Assembly (NCBI GenBank): GCA_950097015.1 | Contig: CATNEN010000001.1 | Location: 23,126,001 to 23,190,000, forward strand | Length of the DNA: 64,000 bases | Direction: 5' to 3' | From: Macrostomum hystrix | Taxonomy: Eukaryota > Animalia > Platyhelminthes | Shown here: in pieces, positions 37,858 to 49,021 of the stretch | How the letters are laid out: each line of letters begins with the position of its first letter | Position numbering within the stretch: position 1 is the stretch's first letter | Position numbers and translations under genes: made by a program | Notes under the pieces: model-generated | The model's database searches: none | The model's input: the letters and a program-made list of their open reading frames with translations, nothing else | Told to the model about the DNA's origin: nothing

Positions 37858-40800
37858 CGACACAGGATCTATCGAATCCATCATCTTTGCTCGTCCCTCT
37901 CGCCGCAGCAATGGGATCAGGTCCTCAAACACTGGGATACCTAACCCCTGCTGACCGGTCGCTAGGTGAATCCAGGCACTAGGCGAACCTGACGGCAGAT
38001 GCAGGACTTTCCGAATCCAAGTTCTAATCGTACGTGATATTCCTTTTAGCTCGCAACGCTTAACGGCAGAGAGCCGAAGCTGGTAGATCAGTCGACTGAC
38101 TATGACTTCCTTGAGAGCTCTCAGTTTCTGGTGCGGCTTTAAGGCGGCTTTGCCGAGAGAGAGCAGCCAAACCTTAAGCTTTTTAGCACTCCAATTCCCC
38201 TTTCCTCTTGGCGAAATTTCCACGCCTAGGTACTTGACAAATTGGCCGACCTCCATCGATGGGAAAGAGTCTTCTCCCCAGAGGGGCCGCAGATCACTGG
38301 CAACCTTTAGCGTTCTGCACCCTTTGGCTGGCAACAGCCGCAGGGTTTTGCATTTCGCTAAGTTAACGCGCAGAGTTAACGAGACGAGAAAGGCCTTTGC
38401 CTTCCTCAGGATCTTCTCGTGCTCATAATCCGACCCTGCCAGAATAACCAGATCATCGGCGAAGGCCAGGACGCCAATCTTTCGGTCGGCTAACGCGTAT
38501 CCAAGCTCAGATCTTTCTATGTCCTCGATCAGTTCGTTCATTACTAGGTTGAAGAGCAGAGGGCTAAGAGGACAGCCTTGCTTAACACCGTTCTTGACCC
38601 TGATCGGACGTGTGCGCTCACTGCCCACTTCGATTGTGGTAGTGACTCGATCATACAAATCGGAGACTAGCCTCACATCCCACTCGCTAAAGCCGTGAAG
38701 TCTCATTGCTCTTACAAGCGCGACGTGTGGCACGGTGTCGAATGCCTTGCGCAGGTCGAGGAAAGTGGCATTCAGCTGTCTCCTTCGCCTGTGCGCATCC
38801 TTCACCACTCCGACGACAATTGAGACATTCTCGAAACACCCGTCAACAGGCCGGAATGCTTTTTGCCTCTCAGACATCTCAACACCGCTCCACCTGCGGA
38901 CAAGCAGTTTGGTATATAGACGTAAGAGTAGCGACCCGCTAGTAATGGGCCTCCAATTGTCGACGCACGTAGGCTCACCGCCTTTGTGTATTAGGACCGT
39001 GCGATTTTCTCTAATTTGATCAGGAATAGTCTCTGTCAGTCTCCAGACGTTCCAAATTGCGGCTAAGCACAACGGATTCATTTGCTCGATGCTGGAGCCG
39101 TTGAGAACCCCGTCCGGACCCGCCGCGGTGTCCCCGGCCCCTTTCAGGAGGCCTGCAACTTCCGCAGCTTCGAAAGGCCCTTCACTCTTCCGGAAAACCT
39201 TCCGAGCTTCAGGTCTTTGCCAGTCCTCAGTGTTTCCACTGACTTCCGGCACAGTTTCCAGTCGTGATTCATACACGGCCTCGACAGCTGTAGTGCTAGG
39301 CAGCGTCTTTGCCCCCGAGGGCTCGGATGCCTCTCCAGGGTCACCATCGATAATATTCTTGACAGTGCCTCCGAAGTCTCTCCTCAAGGCAGACTGAGTT
39401 TTAGCGTACCGCGCCCGCTTCCGATCATTGCTATTCCTGGGAGCCCCGATCCGGCTTGCGGCACCGCGTTTTTTAGGCGCGGTCCGTTTCGCCCTAGCAT
39501 CATTGGTACTCCACTCGTGGTAGAGCACCTCGCTCAGCTCTTCCCAGGGGTCACTACGGTCATCACGAGTGTTCAGAATCGCAGTAACGTAATTTTTCGT
39601 GGCTTCGACAACTTTGCTTTCGCCGTGTCCATCATCAATCGTGGTACAGAAACTTTCCAGCCAGGTTCGAATTTCCGCCTTTGCGGTTGCTTCCTGATCC
39701 CCAACAGGACCAGTAGCATCAACTCGTTCCGGCTCCGAGGGTTCTGGTGGTTGCCCACCAGATCCTGCAGGTAGGTCCAGCCTCCCACGACTATTGGGCC
39801 CCCTGGCATTCTCTCTGGGATCTTGCACCGACGCCTCATCACCGGGAGGAGTCAGGCTTGCTCCAACGGCCTCTGGCAGTGCACCACCTTGGGGCTGCTC
39901 GGGGCTCTCCGACAATGGCAGGCTGGCCGCTTTCGATTCAGCGGGCGTCGGTGGTTTTCCTCTGCCGGAGCGACTTCCTTTTTGCCCTTTCGGGCTTGGG
40001 GTTGCCTTCCGGTCCCTCTTCAGCTGACAGATCACGTTTTTGTACCGGTCCTGCTTGCGCAAGCTCGCGATACTACTGACGGTTCGCGCCTGGAATAAGC
40101 TGTGGAGATACTGGTTGATCTGCCTCACACACTCTACCGGCGCCGCGAGTTCACATTTCGCGATGTCAATTAGCTCCTCATCCTCGATCTTGAACACTTT
40201 TCTCTCGCAGACCTTGGTTGTGCTCGCGTGGATGGCTACGCATCACGTGGAGCCCAAGGCCTGTCTTAGTCGCAAAGCCACGCTCACAGTGGTCGCACTT
40301 GTGGTTCGAGTGCGTAGTCTCACTGTTGTCTGCTCTTGTTTGAATCGTTGTGCGCGGGTTAGTCGTCTTGTTGTCCTCTCGGACGGTATTGTCATCAGCC
40401 TCCCCCGTCGTGCCTTGCTGCTTCGGCTGGCACTTGCCCCAATGTGTAACCAGGGCTCTCAAGGTTGGCCTCTCAAAGTCTTGACACTTTGCGCATTGGA
40501 TCAGCAGCTCCGTACCACTGTGCATGGACTCTGCGTGGTACTTTGCTGCCTTCTCACTGGCGCATTCGGTGTTTAATTGACAAAGTCTGCAGTTGATGCG
40601 TGCAGGCCCTAGATAGAGGAAGGGCACAGGTTCGCTGTCGGTGTTCTTCCTTGCGGAAGGCCGGTCTGGGCAGTGCCTCGCAGTCGATTCCTGCGTGACT
40701 TGCCTGAGCTCTCCTTTCGGAGAATTAGTGGCTGATTTTGCCTGACCGGTGGCGCCGTTGTCCTTCTGGTTAGAACCGAGTGGACCGGCTGGTGCTGGAG

Positions 40801-40899
40801 CTCCCGTTAGCCGCGATGCCTCTTGGATGCTAGACATTTTCGCGTTACCGCTGGTCACGTGGAGAATTTCCGGACGTGGGAGTCAGTCTTTAAACCAGC
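37858..40899 (-). mobile_element. R2-clade non-LTR retrotransposon B (three zinc fingers, Myb-like, RT); 3'-truncated with no RLE endonuclease
   Basis: Zinc fingers CRLC..H..H, CAKC..HWGKC and CDHC..HVMRSH. RT motifs AGPDG, NWRPIT, QKAF, DLRKAFD, GVKQGCPLSP and FADD. One frameshift near 40190. Homology stops after SIDPVS at about 37858. Confidence 0.93.
40800..40899 (-). ncRNA. Putative HDV-like self-cleaving ribozyme at the 5' end of element B
   Basis: On the minus strand: P1 GCTGGTT/GACCAGC, P2 CTCCC/GGGAG, GG after P1, a P4 stem (gcg..atgtct/aggcat..cgc) and J4/2 GCTAA. The P3/L3 assignment is ambiguous. Confidence 0.55.
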
Positions 40900-43800
40900 A
40901 AAAGATACCTGCATATTTTTAACTAGGCTCATATCGTTTCGAGACGAGACTAATCCTTGCCTAGCGTTTCCACTAGTGGAGGCCAAAAAAAGTAGGCCAA
41001 AAAAATAAAGGGCGACAGTCGGACCCATCGGGCATTAACTGCGGAATTGCCGCCAAACCGCGGCAGAGCCTCTCAGCGCTGAAATCTGTAACGCTTTTCC
41101 CACTGTGCTGGCATTGAGGCCAAGCATCTCGAGTTTCCTCAGGGTATGACCGCAGACCGTTCCAAGGGATCCGATCGCGATACCTATGACTTTGACATCG
41201 CCGCTCACTCCGAGCGCATTGGCGACGGGGCCTTTAATACCTGCATATTTGGCCTCTTTCTCCCTTTCACGAGTTGGAATAACATTTGAATTCGATTCGT
41301 AGGGAATAGTCACCTCTACGATCGCTGCTTCGGTACCTCGCCTGCATAGCAGGTCTGGTTTGAACCGTTCAAGATCTTTGACCACCGTTCGTTCACGCCA
41401 CACTTCCCATCCGTTCTCAACCATGACCTTGCCCAAGTAATCCGCAATAAAATTGTGTCGGCGGCACTGGGCTAGTCTGGTGAAAGCACACTCGTTTAGT
41501 ACATGCAGGTCAGTCTCGACTGCTTTACTGCAGCGACGACACTTAAGCACTTCAAAGTCAGTCACTCCTGGGTGGAGGAATTGACGGGTTTCAATGGTTC
41601 TCGTGACCAATTTATTGATAGAGACGTATTCACCTCCTTTCACAACGCCTCTCCCGTCATGCAGCCAATTCGGTTTTACTAGTCCTTCCCATCGTGCATT
41701 CATCAGCTTGCCCCTTTGTGTTTCCAGGTAGGCTCGCTGATATCTGTCCTGAATGGTTAGTTTAGCTGACTTGATGTCTAGTCCGCGAGTGAGACCGCTT
41801 TCAAATGTTGTAATTGTTTTGCTTAGATCAGATACAACTGGATCCGTGGAGCCGACCATCTCGTCGCACGCTTTCCTGCGCATCAGTGGGACGGTTAGCT
41901 CAAAGTCGGGCAGCCCGAGGCCCCACACTGCCTGTGACATGTGGGCCCACGCATTGGGTGCACCAGCCTGCATGTGTAGGATCTCTTTGCAAGCTTTACG
42001 GATCATTCTAGTAATATTTCTCAACTCGCAGACTCTGGTCTCGCTTAGTCTCAACTCATAGGTAAGCTTTCCGACTATGACTTCTTTAATCCCTCGAATT
42101 TTCTGGTCAGGCTTCAGGGATGCACTCTTTATCCTTTTCAGCCATTGCTTCAGTCGGTCCTTTGACCAGATGATCTTGCCAGTAACAGAGACGTCCACAC
42201 CAAGATAGCGTATGAAGCCATCAACCGTCTCAACCATGGGCAGTTTTTCGCCCTTCCACATGATCGGATCACGACTGACCTTTAGGGTGTGCCTACCCTT
42301 AACAGGAAGCAGTCTCATGGCCTTACACTTCCGAAGGTTGACCACAAGTTTCTGCCTAGCGAAAAATTCTTCCGTGATTTTCAACAATTTCTTAATTTCA
42401 TAGTCGGTTGCCCCCAACAGAATCAAATCATCTGCGTAGGCCAGAACTGGGACAATATTGCCTTCAACCGGTACACCTAATCCTGTTGACTGTAACTCTC
42501 TAACCAATTCATCCAAAATAAGATTGAACAAAAATGGGCTGAACGGGCACCCCTGCTTTACTCCGCGTCGGATTGGAATAGATCCGCTCATTTCCTGTCC
42601 TATGGATAATTTGGTCCAGACTTCCGTATAGAGGTCTCTCACAACTCGAATCTCTTTCGGGCTGAACCCGAACCTTCTCATTGCATTATAAATGGCGTTA
42701 TGTTGGATGTTGTCAAACGCTTTGGCCAGATCAATAGATATAGCATTGATCTGCCGACGCTTTTTGTGGGCACCACGGAGGGCCCCCATCAATATGTTGA
42801 CATTCTCCCAACAGCCATCAACCGGACGGAACGCCTTTTGTCTCGGACTTATTGGCGCACCAGACCAGCGAGCTGTGATCAGTTTAGTGTACAGTCTAAA
42901 GAATAGGCTACCAATCGTAAGAGGCCGCCAGTTATTAACATCATTTAAGTCGCCGCCCTTTGCCAACAGGATCGTACGATTCTCTCTTAGAGCGGCTGGT
43001 ATTTTTTCCGTGTGCCACCAAAGGTTAAAGATCTGGGCAACGGATTCACAATCCAGGTTCTTGAGGCAATGCCCCGTGAACCACCTGTCTGTTCCCGCAG
43101 CTGTGGAGTTATTACTTTCCTTAATAGCACGTGTCACCTCCTGTTCATCGAAGGGTTCTTGCTTTCGTTCAAAGCAGAGTTCTCCTCTTGCAGGGGTGTC
43201 CGTGTCTTCAGGAATCCCGCCTGATGCATTACCCAGGCGATCTTGATACACTTTTTCGAGCTTGGCCATCTCGGGGCGAGTCTCCTCTTCAGAGATCTCT
43301 ACCCCATCAATAATTTTTGAGATGGTTCCAGAAAAATCCCTCGTTAACGCTTCTTGCGTTATCGCATACTTGCATCGCCTGCGGTAGGCTCTGCCAGTAC
43401 GTTTAAGTCTAGAATAATTTTGACTTTTAGGTTTGCCACGCGGCCGCCCCTTTGATTGGGGCTTCTGATCTGCCTTAGTAGGCCTCCCGGTGGACCAGGC
43501 AACCTTCAGTTGGGGCTCCAACTCGTTCCAACAATCATTTCCAGCCAGCCCCGCCTTCAGGTACTTAGCCACCTCCTTCTTCAACGAGTCGTTACCGAGC
43601 TCGTGCTTTTCCACAAATAAGTTAATTGCTGCTAGGATGTCCCCATCATCAGCCGCTCTTCGAGATCTGTCGTTTGCCACTCGATCTTCATCGTCCGCAG
43701 ACTCTTCAGAGTTCGCACTAACCTCTTCTACCTCCTAAGTATCAGTATCACTACCAGGCTGTTCTGGACCTCTACTAATTTCCTCAAGGACCAAACGATA

Positions 43801-44730
43801 CCGAGGTTGTTTCCGAAGGTTGGCAATGCTCTGAACGGTACGATGCGGAAATAAATTCTGAAGTTTAATGTTGACCTTGCTTAGATTACCCAAGGCCAAC
43901 TCCGCGCGGGCAATGTCTCGCATCTCTGCCTCTTCCACCTTAAAGATCCTTTTGGTTGGTAGGGCATCATTATGTTCCTGTTTGTGCGATTTCTGCACGT
44001 GCAGGCCGAGACCTGTCACCGTTGTAAATGCGCGGTTTCAAAATTTGCACTCATGTTGGGCAGCATCGCCAGGATCAGCCATAGCGCCAGCAATAGGGTC
44101 CTCAGCTGGGCCTTGGCACTTACCCCAGTGACACACCACACCACGAAGGGTCGGACGTTCAAATACCTTGCATTTCCCACACATGATAGTAACATTTTCA
44201 CTCTGATGGTTGTCTCGAACATGATTTCTACCATGATTCAGTTTTCACTGTAGTGTTACATTGCGTACAAATTAGCACCTGAGGACCGCAGTACCACAGG
44301 ATAGCAAACCGATCACCGTCCGCAACCGTTGAGGCGCCGGTTACGGTTCCCCGGCACCGCCGGGACCCGCCAGGCGGGATTGTAACATGTTTGTACGGTG
44401 CGGTATGCTGGAACAGACGCCGGGGTGCAAGCCCGACGCCCTTTGGTTGCCAGAGCCTCGTTAGTAAACTCCATGCGCGCCGGTCCGCGGTTCAGAGAGC
44501 TGCAGGGGGGACCACGAGCAGGTGAGGTTGGACTTTCCAGCAAGCATGGTTGCCACGCCTTTTAGCGTCACCGGAACAGGCACTGACTGTCTTTTTGTGA
44601 AAATTTTGCAAGATTTTGGCCTGTTAGTCTCTGGATCTAAGTAGCCGGGCTTAACCCAACTAAGTGATTCGGTTCCCATCTTACACTTAAGCCGGACTCG
44701 CGATGCCAAGGGGATCGCCCCATAGGCTTC
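40900..44730 (-). mobile_element. Full-length R2-clade non-LTR retrotransposon A inserted in 18S rDNA (R8-like); N-terminus disrupted, RT-RLE ORF 41035-43680 intact
   Basis: Three zinc fingers (CTQC..HVRDNH, CGKC..HWGKC and CKF*..HVQKSH). RT with YADD, a CCHC motif (CRRC...HVLNEC), RHN, and a PD-(D/E)xK RLE (KPDL..EVTIPYE..KEAKY). The 5' end abuts 18S ...GTTGCAAAGCTG. Confidence 0.95.
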
Positions 44731-44754
44731 CAGCTTTGCAACCATACTTCCCCC
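44455..44754 (-). ncRNA. Putative HDV-like ribozyme of element A (core 44455-44529; P1 5' strand probably the 18S GGGGG at 44750-44754)
   Basis: The minus strand reads cctc-ACC-TGCTCGT-GGT-CCCCCCT-GC...ACTAA-c-gagg, i.e. P2, P3, L3, P3, P1, P1.1, P4, J4/2, P2 in order. Confidence 0.75.
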
Positions 44755-44843
44755 GGAACCTAAAGACTTTGGTTTCCCGGAGGCTGCCCGAGAGGTCAAT
44801 AAGCAAACGATCTCGGATCGCCAGTTGGCATCGTTAATGGTCA
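44731..44843 (-). rRNA. 18S rRNA internal fragment (central region)
   Basis: The minus strand reads TGACCATTAACGATGCCAACTGGCGATCCG...CGGGCAGCCTCCGGGAAACCAAAGTCTTTAGGTTCCGGGGGAAGTATGGTTGCAAAGCTG, a conserved eukaryotic SSU sequence. Confidence 0.95.
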
Positions 44844-44860
44844 ATCTCGCTTAATCTAGC

Positions 44861-46629
44861 TTAATTTGCTAAAAGTACAAGTTCCACTTTTTAAGTCTAA
44901 GAAAAGTCCTTAGGCTTACAAAAGTCTAAGGATTACAACTTCAGACTTACAGCGTCCCCTGACGTATACGCCATACTTTTGCCTGTCGATCCGGCAGCAT
45001 TAACAATTCTCAAGCAGGGACAGAGACTTCGTACACAATCCTTGGCCTTGGCTGAAACAAAACACGCCGATCCTGGTGCAGGACATGTAACCATTGTCAC
45101 AATTGGCTTATCCATTATCCTATCCAAGGGTAATGGACCTACCCTTAGTATGTCTAGGATTTGAGCCATTTTCGCTGAAAGTTAGTTGAATTGGTAAATT
45201 GCTGAAACTTTTGCATATAAATACAAACAATATTTTAAGTATACAAATAAGTTATCAAGCATATCAATCAATTTTGATTGACTCATACGGAAATGGCTGG
45301 AATAGGGATTGACGTTTCACTGGTCATTATCACTAATGTGCATTTGTGGAGTACAGGCAGTTCCCGAGCCAATATATTTGAAAGGCAAATTGTAGATCTA
45401 TTTTTTGCTACCACCCTTGCATTTTAGAGCTATGGGCCATGAACAATTAAAATCCCCATATGGCCAATGTTATCTGTGACCAGATTGGCATCAGAAAGGA
45501 GATGACAAAATAATGTGAACTGCAGGATTTGAAAACTGCCTCCAAAGGATTTTGGACCTCTTAATTAGACTATTCCAAACTTACTACACCACACTACACA
45601 ACACAATGTAAACTATGTACTTTAACTTTTAATTGCCAAAAGTCAAAGTTCCATTTTCCAAATCTTCAGCTTTAACAATGAAAATACCTTTGAAAATCAC
45701 AATATTATTTTAGCTAGGCAATATTAAAAAACTTAAAATTGATTTTCTCTGCTACATTTAAAATTTAGGCATAGTTTCCACCTTTAAGGCACTTGCCCAG
45801 TGGTTTTTGAGGCAGGTAGAATATGACATAGAGCATAGAGCATGAAATATGTCAATTCATTTAGCTAGGCAATATTAAAAAACTTAAAATTGATTTTCTC
45901 TGCTACATTTAAAATTTGGGCATACTTTCCACTTTCAAGGCACTTGCCCATTGGTTTTTAAGGTAAGTAGAATATAACATAGAGCATAGAGCATGAAATA
46001 TGTCAATTCATTTAGCTAGGCAATATTTTAAAAACTTAAAATTGATTTTCTCTGCTACATTTAAAATTTGGGCATAGTTTCCACCTTTAAGGCACTTGTC
46101 CAGTGGTTTTTGAGGCAAGTAGAATATAACATAGAGCATAGAGCATGAAATATGTCAATTCATTTAGCTAGGCAATATTTAAAAAACTTAAAATTGATTT
46201 TCTCTGCTACATTTAAAATTTGGGCATAGTTTCCACCTTTAAGGCACTTGCCCAGTGGTTTTTGAGGCAAGTAGAATATAACATAAAGCATAGAGCATGA
46301 TATATGTCCAATTCATGTTGTTGCATTGTGCTGCATTCATTTATTCAATCATTCATGTGCTGCAAGTTCATTCTGTGCTGCCTTTTTTACTTTGTTGTAC
46401 AAGTCTGTAGGAAATCGGAAAGAGTGCTCGATGCAGCGTGTTCTTAAGTAAGCTATGCACCATAGTCCGGATGGTGTAATGTGGTACGCCAGTGGTACGC
46501 AAAAAGAAAGACGTGGGGGTCCCTCAGTGTAACGTTGCGGCACTAAAAATCTGTGATTGATCGACTGATGCCTCCTTATGATCCTCACCTACGAAATAAG
46601 CCCCGAAAGCCGAGCATTTCGACTTTGAA
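44861..46629 (-). repeat. Tandem gene unit, copy 1 (truncated at the 18S fragment)
   Basis: Near-identical to 47611-49021 plus 58051-58109. Contains four ~152-bp subrepeats at 45710-46310. Confidence 0.92.
44951..45169 (-). CDS. Tandem-unit gene, first coding exon, copy 1 (73 codons, intact), unknown Cys-containing domain
   Basis: A tttcag acceptor before the ATG and a gtaagt donor. The differences from copy 2 are enriched for synonymous changes. Confidence 0.7.
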
Positions 46630-49021
46630 AACGGTAAAAAATATGGCGGACAAACTTTAATAAATATTTTAATTGTTACAAATAGTAACAAATACACAGG
46701 CTGGGCTCCCTCCTGGTCCATAGACTGGCTAGATTTATGGTATAAAAAAAAAAAAATAAAAAAAAAAATAAATGCGTATTGTCGCAAAAGGAAAAGGCGC
46801 CAGATAATACAAATAAATATATAAATAGTTTAGCGACGTCGCTTCCTTCGGCCAGCCTTCTTAGGGGCAGCCTTTTTTACACATTGCCTCTTGGCCCTCT
46901 GCTGCTCTTCTTCTTCTTCCTCCTCGTCCTCCGCTACCGCCGACGGGCCGGGACCGGCCCCGCCAAACTGGTCCGGTGGTATGGCGGCGGGAACGGCGGG
47001 ATCGACCGGATCGGCGTCGGCGGGATCGGCGTCGGCGGGATCGGCGTCGGCGGGATCGGCGTCGGCGGGATCGGCGTCGGCGGGATCGGCGTTGGCGGGA
47101 TGAGGAGGGGCCTCCGCGAGGTCAACTGATGCAGCACCAATTGCCAGCGCCGTTACCTCGGCAGTGGTCTTTGCCAGACAAAGGAGCCGTTTAGCGTCAC
47201 GCCTTTCGAGACACATTATCACAGCCCGTAGCATTTCTGCTACCGGCTGTGATAATGGCGGAAGGAGTCCGCCGAAGTGTTCTCCGGCTGCAAGTGTGAA
47301 GTGCTGGAGTGCTTGATTCAGTGCCCCAGACGCCCTTGCAGCAGGCGTTGGGGCATTGGCTTGCACGGCAGGAGCGGCAGGGGCGGCTGGGGCGGCAGGC
47401 CTGCCCAAGGCTCTGAGCAGTTGTTTACAACTACCTACTCCGTGCCGATAAAGGCAGTATCCCTGATCAGGAAAGTACTGCAGTATCTGAAGGAGAAAGG
47501 CAAGTCAAAGTTAAGGCTTTAACTTAACCAAGTTCAAGTTCAAGTACAAGTTCCAATTTATTTGCCAAAAGTCCAAGTTCCACTTTATTTGCCAAAAGTC
47601 CATGTTCCACTTAATTTGCTAAAAGTACAAGTTCCACTTTTTAAGTCTAAGAAAAGTCCTTAGGCTTACAAAAGTCTAAGGATTACAACTTCAGACTTAC
47701 AGCGTCCCCTGACGTATATGACATAGATTTACCTTTTCATCCGGCAGCGTTAACGATTCTCAAGCATGGACACAGATGTCTTACGCAATCTTTGCCCTTT
47801 GATGTAATAAAGCATGCCGATCCTGGTGCAGGACAATGAACCATAGGCACAATCGGCTTTTCCATTATTCTGTCGAAGGGTAATGGCCCTACCCTTAGAA
47901 TTTCTAGTATTTGAGCCATTTTCGCTGAAAGTTAGTTGAATTGGTAAATTGCTGAAACTTTTGCATATAAATACAAACAATATTTTAAGTATACAAATAA
48001 GTTATCAAGCATATCAATCAATTTTGATTGACTCATACGGAAATGGCTGGAATAGGGATTGACGTTTCACTGGTCATTATCACTAATGTGCATTTGTGGA
48101 GTACAGGCAGTTCCCGAGCCAATATATTTGAAAGGCAAATTGTAGATCTATTATTTGCTACCACCCTTGCATTTTAGAGCTATGGGCCATGAACAATTAA
48201 AATCCCCATATGGCCAATGTTATCTGTGACCAGATTGGCATCAGAAAGGAGATGACAAAATAATGTGAACTGCAGGATTTGAAAACTGCCTCCAAAGGAT
48301 TTTGGACCTCTTAATTAGACTATTCCAAACTTACTACACCACACTACACAACACAATGTAAACTATGTACTTTAACTTTTAATTGCCAAAAGTCAAAGTT
48401 CCATTTTCCAAATCTTCAGCTTTAACAATGAAAATACCTTTGAAAATCACAATATTATTTTAGCTAGGCAATATTAAAAAACTTAAAATTGATTTTCTCT
48501 GCTACATTTAAAATTTGGGCATAGTTTCCACCTTTAAGGCACTTGCCCAGTGGTTTTTGAGGCAAGTAGAATATAACATAGAGCATAGAGCATGAAATAT
48601 GTCAATTCATTTAGCTAGGCAATATTTAAAAAACTTAAAATTGATTTTCTCTGCTACATTTAAAATTTGGGCATAGTTTCCACCTATAAGGCACTTGCCC
48701 AGTGGTTTTTGAGGCAAGTAGAATATAACATAAAGCATAGAGCATGATATATGTCCAATTCATTTTGTTGCATTGTGCTGCATTCATTTATTCAATCATT
48801 CATGTGCTGCAAGTTCATTCTGTGCTGCCTTTTTTACTTTGTTGTACAAGTCTGTAGGAAATCGGAAAGAGTGCTCGATGCAGCGTGTTCTTAAGTAAGC
48901 TATGCACCATAGTCCGGATGGTGTAATGTGGTACGCCAGTGGTACGCAAAAAGAAAGACGTGGGGGTCCCTCAGTGTAACGTTGCGGCACTAAAAATCTG
49001 TGATTGATCGACTGATGCCTC
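46630..49021 (-). repeat. Tandem gene unit, copy 2 (~2.45 kb; continues at 58051-58109 beyond the Gypsy insertion)
   Basis: Direct match to copy 1, with two ~152-bp subrepeats at 48461-48760. Confidence 0.92.
46830..47919 (-). pseudogene. Tandem-unit gene copy 2: exons 47701-47919 and 46830-47486; ~290-aa Ala/Pro-rich protein with (DPADA)n, an acidic run and a basic NLS-like C-terminus
   Basis: Canonical GT/AG sites. There is an in-frame TGA in the first exon and an apparent frameshift near 47450. The protein ends KKAAPKKAGRRKRRR*. Confidence 0.6.

Noticed and set aside
44461-44844. 127-aa ORF upstream of element A
   Set aside because: It spans 18S rRNA and the ribozyme-containing 5' UTR, so it is a fortuitous frame.
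47737-47739. Selenocysteine TGA in the tandem-unit gene
   Set aside because: It aligns with Ser rather than Cys in the other copy. I recognised no SECIS, and the next exon is also frameshifted.
44951-47919. Diversity-generating retroelement TR/VR pair
   Set aside because: The mismatches are not confined to adenines of either copy and are mostly third-position. The nearby RTs are R2 and Gypsy types.
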